Shown here: positions 53,201 to 64,000 of the stretch, in pieces
How positions within the stretch are numbered: position 1 is the stretch's first letter
Layout of the letters: every line of letters begins with the position of its first letter
Assembly (NCBI RefSeq): GCF_002113885.1
Contig: NW_018480047.1
Coordinates: 158,690 to 222,689, forward strand
From: Mizuhopecten yessoensis
Taxonomy: Eukaryota
DNA length: 64,000 bases
Direction: 5' to 3'
Made by a program: the position numbers and the translations under genes
The notes under the pieces: generated by a model
Seen by the model: the letters and a program-made list of their open reading frames with translations, nothing else
Told to the model about the DNA's origin: nothing
The model's database searches: none

Positions 53201-54865
53201 CTTATTAATCCACTTCGCTTCTCCAGGAGTAGTCCTCTCACAAGTTTCCATCACTATGGTTGTAACTCTGGTAATGGGAAGCTGGATCTGCCCCTACAGG
53301 TGACACACTGGCAGGGATCCCGTGCTACAGTAACCTTAACACCTGGGGATCAAGCCAGCTGATTCCACTTACAGGGTTGGGGGTGAGGGGCAATTACACA
53401 CAGATGAGTCCATTCATCTATAGGGTGATTAGCATCCCAATGTATGGTAACTTAGTTTTCAGAAATGTTAGCTTGATACAATATGGTATGTATAACGAGA
53501 CCTAAAAATCTGACAGATCAACAGGGACTCTGCTGTTCGGCAGAAGGAATATATAATGCCCTTAATAATAACAAATCAGAAGCAATATTGATCATCCGGG
53601 AATGGTGGATTATGGGTAAAATGTCAATACATACATTGAATAAAAATAATTATGCACAGGTAGATGGTTTCAAGCTAACAATTAAGTGTCTAAGACATAC
53701 TTGTGGGGCTCCCCGCTTTACATAAGGTCACCAGTACAGACGGGGGAGGAGGGATTCAGTCGCAGCAGGGGGTAAGGAGGGGGGGGGGGGGGGGCAGTGG
53801 GCAGCTTAAGATTAATGAGCATAAGTATAGGAGAGTGGGTAGCTTGAGGAGGAGCAGAAGGTGGAGGTAGAAGTGGGGTACCATGTTGGGAATGTAGGCA
53901 TGATCATGTATCTGTTAATTAAAGGGGGATAACAAGACTGTAAGTATATTCTGGGAGGAATGCAAGGGTCATTAAAAACTGGTATGGTGAGGGCCATGGG
54001 GACTGATAAAACAAGGGCTGATAATTACTCTGAGGCAAGCTTTAATTGAATACCCAATTCATTCTTAATGTGAATACGTCCTGTATAAACATTTATATAC
54101 CATGTATGGTTTTTTTAATAGATTAACTCTCAAGAGGAATTTATGGATGGATGCAATATAGATAGATTTACATCATTATATACTTCAATCACCTCACTTA
54201 ATACACCAGCTTCGAATTCATGTATCAAAGTTGAATACATTAACAAAAACATATGAAAATTTTACTGTGGATATTTTCAAAAATATTTATAGCAATAATC
54301 AGTGTATATTTCAGGTCTTAAAATTATCACCAGAACGAAAAAACTTTTGAACAATTTTCATAAACATTTACACCTCGCACATTATTTTATCTCTAAACCT
54401 TTAAATATAATAAGCCTATAAATTTATATCTGATTCTAATTCCTGTCGGCATTATTTATACATGTACTAGAAATAATGTAATTCTTTAAAACTTCCGCTA
54501 CAGGCTAAATAACTAATTCTGATTTCTACATGTAATCAGCTTGGTTGGGTGAGGTACATTACATTCATCACACCCCTATGTCAGGCTAGGGAATGATTCA
54601 TTTTATCAACCAGATATTTTAGGGTATTACCCTCTACCAATGTCTACACAGACCCATCCCAAAGACTTCTTCAAACTTCTGGTATATCACCTTATCTCTC
54701 TGTTACAGCCCAATCTTTGGCAAAGGTAGTATAGGCACCCTAACCTGAATGCTGCAGATGTCATCACTCATGTTAAAGAGAGGCGAGAACCCTTCCAGTT
54801 TCTACATTTTTTTTAAAGATAAACCTGGGTAACCCTAGATACAAGAATCATTTTGGTTTAGTGCT

Positions 54866-55012
54866 AAACCTTGATCATCAAGTTAACTTGTATAAGCCTG
54901 GCCGTGAGTAAAACCTTGAACGTCAAGTTAAATTGTATAAGCCTGGCCGTGAGTAAAACCTTGATCGTCAAGTTAACTTGTATATAAGCCTGGCCGTGAG
55001 TAAAACCTTGAA
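54866..55012. repeat. ~45-bp tandem repeat, ~3 copies
   Basis: AAACCTTGA..TCAAGTTAACTTGTATAAGCCTGGCCGTGAGTA. Confidence 0.85.
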
Positions 55013-55939
55013 CCATCAGCAATGATATCAATGATCCATGATCTGAACATTGTTAAGCTCTGATATAAGTTCCGAGAGGGTCTCAGAAAACCTGAGGTAC
55101 ATCTGGTTTACAGAGATTAATATAATCTATCACTCCTGTATGATATAGACCCAGAAATCACAACCCCAGGGCAAGATTGATGCAGCTTAGCATGAGGCTT
55201 GGAAAAAGGGTTAACATTTTTCTGTCTTAATTCTGCTACTGTAAAATAGGTTGTCATGGAGATAATCCCAATGCATGGGACCATCCTCATTGTCATGAAA
55301 CGTGTGCCAAAATTGATGACGCAACCCTGACCGCACTGCATCAAATGATGACGTAATAATGGAGTTTTTATTCTACATGTGAGAGCTGTCTTTCCTTGGG
55401 TAGGTATACAAAACAGGTTTATCTTTTCTGTAACAAAACAGGAAAACACCTGTGAAGCGTGGGATAAATATTTATCCAAGAATCCATGTTTTGGTGGTAG
55501 CCATGGATACGAAATTTGATATATCCACCAGAGTGTTTATATCTGTCATCTATTTCAATCCCTGTACTGGTCAGTCATCCATTTCACAGTCATCCATTTC
55601 ATCAGTCATCCATTTCACAGTCATCCATTTCATCAGTGCTCAGCAGAGAAGTTGTTGATTAACACACCTAACCACCTAGCCAAATACTGCTGTTTAAAGG
55701 TGAAAGATCAAACAGGGATGACCGAAGAGAAACCATCCCAGTTGCTGAGAGACTTAATTTATACACATGTTGTTAGCACTGATAGGGTTCAGGGATTATA
55801 GATTCATGTAGCACATGACCGTAGCTCCCAAAGTCACCTTGTCAGTTTTGGCTCACACAGAACGAAATTTGAGAAAACCATAACAGAATCCATATTGTTA
55901 AATATGGTAACAATGAAATACAGTGTAAAAGGAGCAAAG

Positions 55940-56060
55940 AAATCGCGCAGCAAGACAGAGATTCGAACCCAGGACTCTCCGAAATCTAGACGTACACTTT
56001 ACAAATGGAGCTATACCAGGTTGCCGGCGATCGACCCAGTCCATGCAGTTCCACTATACA
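55940..56060 (-). mobile_element. tRNA-derived SINE-like repeat
   Basis: Minus strand TAGCTCCATTTGTAAAG (A-box-like) ... GGGTTCGAATCTC (B-box). Confidence 0.55.
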
Positions 56061-59000
56061 GTAGGAAAGTTATTAAATCATTGAAACAAACTGAATATGT
56101 GAGATAAAGAATATTTTTAAAGATATATTCAAACAAAGAATAATAGGACTAAAAACACACTTTTCATAAAATGAAGGAACTAATCTATGTTAATTTTCTA
56201 TATTTTTCTTTTAATATTTTGAAATTTTTGTTTTCTTTACAACTCAAATCAAGCTATTCTGTTACGGTAAGTTCTTAGTTGGTTCAGAAAAAACACTTTT
56301 CATTTCCACATCTTTGTGATGGTCAGTTGAAAATACAGTAGCAAGCCAGTTCCTTGAAGTCAAAAGGAGGCTGTCGAGAAGGGATCATTTTCTCTGTGGG
56401 ATATAGATGGTGCCAGAATTTAATTACTTTACAAACACTAAACAAGCACTACTGCCAGAACCTGTTGGATGTAACGGAGGTAGGAGTGCCAGTTAACCAG
56501 GGGGTCAAGTGTTCAGTGGTCAGCCAAAAACATACCTAGCTTACAATCAGGACTAGGGAACCTCTCTGCCAGAAACTTGTTGGATCGTCTAATTTAAGCC
56601 ACGGAAAGAAACATTTCCTGTGTATGTCCAGACTGGTGTTTTTGATAATTGTATAAATAAATCCAAACAGATGATTTTGGTATTTTCCATGTTTATTCTT
56701 GGTCAGAAAAACAGGATGTCCACAATTTCCAATGGTTGTGTTGTTTGTTGATGATATAGATTTCATAATTCAGGAGTGCTGCACAGCAAAATATACATGG
56801 GTACAGATGATAGGGCTGGGTTGGGAGTGGGGGTGGGAGTGGGGGAGGGGGTGGATTGGGGGAGGTTGATGAATACCCTCCACCTAAGTGTGAAGTGCTG
56901 CCAGGGTCATCCAAGGTCGAGTATGAAGGGGTGGATAAGATCACTAAGGTTGAGTGTTGATGGCAGACAAGGTCATCTAAAGGTCAACACCTAAGGTCAA
57001 AGTAATCCCTGGTGAAGAATGATCAAAGTCATCTAAATAAAGGTCAACACCTAAGGTCAAAGTAATCCCTGGTGAAGAATGATCAAGGTCATCTAAGGTC
57101 AAGTATGGAGAGTGGTATTTTGAAAATAAACTTTTTGGAGAAGTGACCAAAGTTATCTAAATTCAAGGGTCAAAAGTTATCAAATTCATCTAAAGTAAAG
57201 TGAAGGAACTGGTCAACGTCATTAATGGTCAAATAAGAAATGGATCTAAATTTTAATCATTTAAGTCTCCGCTGTTGTCCCCTTCTTTTCTGAATATGAT
57301 CTCCTACAAAAGCTTTTACTTGCAAATTCATTTTGTATTTTGATAGAGTACATGAAGGACTCATCAGTTTAGTAGTCTGTATGGCTGTGTCTGTACAGGG
57401 TATACATCCATGTAGAATGTTACAACCATGGTCAATTATCCTGTTCAAGGGCCCAATAACAGCATGACAGCCACTGCATCCTAACCTCTTACCCATTAAT
57501 GACCTTGTAACCTTTGACCTAGTGGCATCATTATAATATCTGGATTATCTGACCGGCATCATTATCATATCTGGATTATCTGACCGGCATCATTATAATA
57601 TCTGGATTATCCGACCAACATGTATTGGCTGCATTCGCACCTCTGACTTATTTAAATTATATTAACCTCTGACCTAACTGCATCATTCTGACTTCTATAA
57701 TCTATTAACAGCACTCTAACCTGTGACCTATTGGCATTATCCCAACCTCTGACCTATTGGCACTATTCTAACCTTTGACCTTTTTGTACTATTCTAACCT
57801 CAGACTAGTATTTGCCATAGTGGAGTCGTGCCTCCTTAGTAGACGTGGAGATCATGGAGATGGAGCCTCTGTCCAGACTGACCACAAGAAGATATATATG
57901 GCAAATATCCCTGATTATGGCACTAATTTAAACTGAAACATAACAGACCTGTGCCACTGATTATAAGGGTCAAGTGTCTCTGGTCAGTCTGTATAGTCAC
58001 TATATCTCTAGATTAACCTTTGACCTGTGATCAGTTGGTTGTCCTTGATCAATCAGATTCTACATCCAGTAATCACAGGAGGAAAGAGAATCCCGGCACA
58101 GTTCTACCTCCATGTGTGGCAAATATTCACGAGAGTGGACATAGATAAACAGTGACAATATTTTTAGTATAATTAGATTTCATGATCAGGCACTGGTCAC
58201 TTCAGGGTCAGCTAGTTAAAGCTGTTGTTTAGAATTTGAAGAGAAAGGTTACCGGTGATTATAGAAAAACTGAAAATCTGAAACTCTGAGGAGGATGTGG
58301 GGGTTCTGAAAGGGATTACTTTGGACAAGTTTCTCATAACTTTGACCTGAATAAAAAAAATGCAAACGGAAGTTTTTTTCTCAATATTCTCATTCTTTTG
58401 ATAACTTTGTGTTAATTATAAAGCTAACAATACTTTTTAGACGTGATTTGAACCTTTCCACTACACCTTGGTGGTGCCAGACAGTTTAAGGTCAAGTAGG
58501 ATATTGGTCATCTGGTGTACTGACCACATCTCCATGGTTCAGATCAGATAATAGGGAAACATTCCATATGTTTCCTCTTAATTTCATATGGAATTTTAAT
58601 TCGGAGATACATAGAAATATTTTGGGAAAACTGAACACAAATCCAAAGTATGAAAATTAGGAACTTTCAGATGTTGATAAATTGTGAATGGAACACAGGG
58701 CTGGCAAATTTCCCATACTGACTAAATCCTTCCTCAGAATAAGAACAAAATCTTACATGTTGCAATATTTCTCCATCCAATCTCCCTCCAAGTCATTTTT
58801 AGAAGCTCTGTGGCATTTTTTTTGCACTTCTTTCCAAAATACTTCAGATTAGGGTTAATCTATCTCGTGACATTAATTAATCAGCCCAAGTTTATCAATC
58901 ACCAACTTAATTCACGTAATCATGAGAGAGACCTAACATTTAAATACAAAATGCTGACAGGTGCTTTTATACCTTCTAAACATAACTAACTGTAAATATT

Positions 59001-59750
59001 AAGACAAACATCAAAACAAGTACATAATGGAAAATGCTTTCCTACAATGCTGGTAAATTAGATACACAGCATTTGTATGTGCTTAAAACAGAGGATAATA
59101 TTTTATTAAGATAAAGTATCACATTTTATCATATTGAAATATTGGTAAGTGTTTATAAAATTTCAACACTTGAGAAATAACAATGCAAAATGTATTTGAT
59201 TTCAGGAAATTTTCATCAAAAGATCGTTACTGACTTTATCAGCACTGCTGAACAATAATAATGTTACTGACTTTATCAGCACTGCTGGACAATAATAATG
59301 CTATGTGTTATGCCATAGAGATAATTGTTTAAATGACAAGGTGCAATTTGAAGGTAATATTTGTTGATCACATGTTTTGCGCTAAATGATCAACACCACT
59401 GGAGAGAGATCTCCCAAAATGACATATGCAGAGATTCGCAAACCAGGAAAACATATTATGTTTTCAATGCATGAGAATGTTAAAACAAATCAGCAGCTGT
59501 ATCCTGCAATACTTGTATGCATTTATATATATACCTAAGGTATTGGTCAGGCCATCAATTATATATATACCTAAGGTATTGGTCAGGCCATCAATTACAC
59601 TGCTGAGTTGAAAAGCTCAACGATATTAAATGTTTATTAACATTTCTTTTGAGAAAGTGGGTTTTATTTGGAATGGATTTTGTATACACATGATAAGATA
59701 TTTGTGATTATATACACCTTTAACAATACCATATACACAATTACTATGCC

Positions 59751-59848
59751 TTAACTCATTCACCCCTACATTTTTAATCTGGACTTACCCAGTCTATAAT
59801 TTGGTATTAGGTTCAAATGTGACTTTAGGGGGGGGGGGAATGGGTTAA
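59751..59848. mobile_element. ~98-bp piggyBac-like mini-MITE
   Basis: TTAA|CTCATTCACCCCTA...TAGGGG..GAATGGG|TTAA. Confidence 0.7.
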
Positions 59849-61435
59849 ATCTTACTTTTCATTTCTTGTCAAAGACTATGTTAAAAGGTTAATAAGAATA
59901 CCAGTTCCCTCTGACAAAGTTGATAAACTCTGTCCAGGGTGAATGCATTCACAGCAAGGAAGGTCAAACAACTGCCTTATCACCTGTTTACATGTTAATA
60001 GGTGTACTAAGGTACACAGGATCAGGGATGGGCGGTGTAGGCCAGGTTTACAGTTTGATGTCTGTAACATTTGGTCTTCAACAACAGGCATCTGTCCTAA
60101 CAAGATGGTAAATGATCTCATCTCTTGACCAGAACATGGCTCCACAGGATTTCACACATCTGTCCATCATCAATCAATGACTGAGCTTCATCTAGACTGG
60201 CTATATAGCTACCAGCCCCCAAGTTTTGATGAATTTTACTACTAGCTTATCTCCCCCTAGTTTAGAACTTAGGGTCTCTAGAATCACACATCCAAGTGAT
60301 CAAAATCATTGGTTAATTTTTTTTCTCAATAATTTAATATCTATATAATACACTAGCGACAGGGGCTAGTCATCTTGCCTTTCTACTTCTTCATATCAGC
60401 AGATTACCTCCCTTATCAAAATGCAAGCTATTGGCATTTTTTGCCATAACGTGAAATCTGTTTAGTGAATTAAGGATAAAAAGTGTCAGTGTCACAAAGA
60501 TATCAATATCTCCCCTCACCAAATCATATACATATTCACCACCCTTCCACCAACATAAAACTTTGATCTGTAAACTAGCTGAGCAAGGTATGAGCTTATA
60601 TCCATTGTACTTTACACCAGTGGATCCTCCTCATTATGAGACTGTATTTGTAATTTTATAATAACTGTGATATTATAACATACAGGTAAACTGTTATTTT
60701 TTTCATTGATGAAAACGGAAATGAGATCCACTACGATCGTCACATCTATGACGAAGTAAATATATCATGCTAATTTGGATACTACAATATCTGATATTAT
60801 AAGTGCAGATCTTTATACCACTTACCAGTGGATGAATCCAGTGTCACAGGTTAACAGTAGCGAAGTACTTGAGAAAAAGTTGAAAACAACTTGGAAATAG
60901 ATTTTCCTATTTGAAAATGTTCTGTTTAAAAATAGAATGTCTACCCAGGCCATCCAGGTGGCTTCATGTACCAGAACTACTTCCTATCCTAAAATACTCT
61001 GCGTATGAAAAATGTAATAAACAATCATTGGAAAATCAAATCAAATATATTGTGAGAAAAACAACTCCATTTTAACACTTGTGGTGGCCTATCTATCTTT
61101 ATCCTCATGCTCCTGATGAGAAAATTATTCACAACAAACCCTGAAAACACATTGTGAAAATCTACAATTATCAACTTTATCTCGAACCTCAACAGGAATC
61201 TCTATCACTTCAAAGGAACCAGAATTAGTTCAATGACCCTGACCTTTCAAACATTCACCTAAATTCTATACATCTTTCCCTCTATCTGGTCTACCTGCAG
61301 TCATTGGTCGAAGCTCAGGACACTGATGAACCGTAAATCTTGTTTTTATAGAAGTAAGTGACTCTGGCCTTGACCTTTGACCAAATGAAAAGGAGGCTGT
61401 ACTGGCCACAGCCTTGACCTTTGACCAAATGAAAA

Positions 61436-61645
61436 GGGGGCTGCAGTGACCGAGTGGTTAAGGTGTCTGACCGTCGATGATCACTATAGCCCTTCACCAC
61501 TGGGTCATGGGTTCGAGGCCTACTTGGGTCAGTCGCCATGGATTGGCCGCAGGTCGGTGATTTTTCTCTAGGCACTCTGGTTTCCCTCCACTACTAGGCT
61601 CTCTGATTTTCCTCCACTACCAAAACCTGGCTCGTCCTTAAAATA
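61436..61645 (+). mobile_element. tRNA-derived SINE with V-domain-like body
   Basis: GGGGCTGCAGTGACCGAGTGGTTAAGG (A-box), GGGTTCGAGGCC (B-box), then GGTGATTTTTTCTCTAGGCACTCTGGTTTCCCTCCAC resembling the V-SINE core GGTTTTCTCCGGGTACTCCGGTTTCCTCC. Confidence 0.75.
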
Positions 61646-62892
61646 CCTCTGTTCTATCAGATACCCATATATAATGAGGGATTAGCAGAGCCATGTAGGC
61701 CCAGGTCAATTAAAGGCAATCATATAAAAATAATGTTTTAACTGTTCTGAAATACTCTCAAAAGTATCAGAAATCATGGATCTATAATTCCCCATACTCT
61801 AAGTTCAGCTCATATTTGACAAATGACGATGTTCATCTTCCGTTTTCATATCAAATGTTGACCTTAATAACATTTTGAACTGTGCGAGTTTAAATTTCCC
61901 TTAAAATATAATTATCTCAATGATGTCTGCTACTAAATTAAAATAGAGATGTCAGGAGTCCCTCTCAGTCATTTCAATTACCTTCCTCTTGTCACATCAG
62001 ATAACCGTTTGTGATCAAGGATCCGTTCCAGCTCTGTATCAGATAATAGTCTCTGGCACGCTCTGTAAACATCAGTATAGAGGCTCTGATCAGGACACAG
62101 TAATGCTCGCTTTTTTATTACCTTTGATTGATGTTCAAACTTTCTTCTGGCAATTACTGGATTTTTTTAATTACATGTTTTAAGATTATTTTTTTTTGTT
62201 AAATTTGAATTCAGATGAAAATCAAGTGGCAAAAGTTTGGATTTCATTTTTGTTCTTGTTTCTTGTTATTGCGTTGTTTTTTTTTAGTTTTTTGGGGTTT
62301 TTTTTGTTTGAAATTCCTTTTGAATTCAAAACAAGTTGTGCTTTTTATAACCATCTATCTTAAAATATCATTGTTGATTTAAAATCAACTTTAATACTGC
62401 ATGCAAAACTCTTCATTCTATACTTACAGTTTGACAATAATATTAAGCATGAAAAAATTAAGCACAATTCATTATAGCTCTGAAATTCTTTGTTGTCAAA
62501 CTTTTTAGTTTTATTTCTGGAACAACTAAGCCACGGTAAGATTTTACACAGCACCATCAATATTCAATAGACCTTTACACTATCCCTTTATCAGATTTGA
62601 GGTATTTATCGCTCAGATGTTTTTTCAGTATGTGAATAATAAGCAATGTAGGTTGCTATTCCACATGAAATCTGCTGATGTACTACTCCTACGCCCTATA
62701 ATCCCGCCAGTAATGAATCAGTTTCTTATCTTTTAATGCCAAAACCATTGGAAGACGTTTACAAGTACAAATATACAATGTTCTCTCAGGAAAAAATGTA
62801 TAGTAGGGAAATTTATTAAGACATGAAAGAAAACTAACTACAGTAAAAACGTCTTTAGTGGTGTTACAATCTTTGGTGAGGGGCAATTTCCC

Positions 62893-63240
62893 ATTAGCTT
62901 GGGGGTAGAGTGTCCGACTGGAAAGTCTCGGACCGTGGGTTTGATCTCCAGCGAACGTACATATTCTTTCACTACTTCGTTCCTATTACATACTAGTGCC
63001 TTCAGGTCGTGACTGTCCCCTTTCATTTGAGGTAGTGGAGAACCCTTGGAGTGGAGCAAATTTGAACCTGGGCTATGGTTTTCTTCAAGGTAAAAAGTGG
63101 GCATGCAGTTGTGTAAAGGATATACATAGTGTCAAGGTCGCCTTACTAGCTACGGCTAGAGGGAATTTCCCATGCTGAAGGCTTCCTACAAGAAAGTCTA
63201 GGATTGCAGGTTCGATCCCCAGCAACTACACATATTCTTT
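62893..63240 (+). mobile_element. Two degenerate tRNA-like SINE heads of one family (62893-62970, ~63145-63240)
   Basis: Both carry GAAAGTCT..GG(T/G)TT(T/C)GATC..CAGC followed by ACATATTCTTT. Confidence 0.5.
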
Positions 63241-63519
63241 TAGCTTTTTCTTTCCTAATAAATATACACATTAAAACTATACGATGCTCCAAACATGAGA
63301 AGTCCTTATTAGCTGTAGTAATTACACCAGTTTTTATTATTCAGTCTACAGCCTACAGAGTTGCTCAGGTATACAGACAGGGAACTAAGCAGTACTTATA
63401 TAGATCATTATCTATCCTGTAAAACTGTCATGTTTTAGTGTACAATCGATTGACTTCAAACACAGACTTACCATTTCTGTAAAAGCTGATTACAGATGGT
63501 TAAACTCTGACAGAAGATG

Positions 63520-64000
63520 TAACACAACGTACTAAGGCCACGAGGTACAAGTAAGGTACGCTAACACAACGTACTAAGGCCACGAGGTACAAGTAAGGTA
63601 CGCTAACACAACGTACTAAGGCCACGAGGTACAAGTAAGGTACGCTAACACAACGTACTAAGGCCACGAGGTACAAGTAAGGTACGCTAACACAACGTAC
63701 TAAGGCCACGAGGTACAAGTAAGGTACGCTAACACAACGTACTAAGGCCACGAGGTACAAGTAAGGTACGCTAACACAACGTACTAAGGCCACGAGGTAC
63801 AAGTAAGGTACGCTAACACAACGTACTAAGGCCACGAGGTACAAGTAAGGTACGCTAACACAACGTACTAAGGCCACGAGGTACAAGTAAGGTACGCTAA
63901 CACAACGTACTAAGGCCACGAGGTACAAGTAAGGTACGCTAACACAACGTACTAAGGCCACGAGGTACAAGTAAGGTACGCTAACACAACGTACTAAGGC
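63520..64000. repeat. Perfect 42-bp tandem repeat running off the window end
   Basis: Unit TAACACAACGTACTAAGGCCACGAGGTACAAGTAAGGTACGC; explains ORF 63500-63970. Confidence 0.97.

Noticed and set aside
5655-64000. Regularly spaced 28-56 bp repeats as CRISPR arrays
   Set aside because: Units are head-to-tail with no unique spacers, no cas genes, and the context is eukaryotic.

Overview
Eukaryotic, AT-rich, repeat-dense genomic DNA with assembly gaps. It is probably from a bivalve mollusc; this is inferred from repeat types recognised from memory (HINE/pearl-like elements, a V-SINE, a TA-flanked palindromic MITE). The only host gene I can support is the 5' part of an FGF receptor (FGFR-family) gene on the minus strand. 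Its signal-peptide exon (CDS 29956-29869) splices in phase 1 across a ~24.8 kb intron to the first half of the IgII domain (5071-4908). The rest of the gene should lie left of the window, and a candidate non-coding first exon/promoter sits near 33.5-33.9 kb. Roughly a quarter of the window is tandem repeat (about 15 arrays, units 20-56 bp plus ~150 bp HINE cores). There are also Helentron-associated non-autonomous elements, several MITE families, tRNA-derived SINEs and an RTE LINE 3' fragment. No CRISPR array or prokaryotic system is present, and nearly all ORF-track entries are repeat or gap artefacts. I cannot claim a proven new system. The best lead is a 4.3 kb intronic 50-bp satellite carrying a full 14-bp RFX X-box in about 65 units, apparently amplified from a local X-box cluster. 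Other leads are a promoter-proximal ETS/CRE/FOX VNTR, a three-level nested insertion with a 5-bp TSD, and a candidate poison exon.
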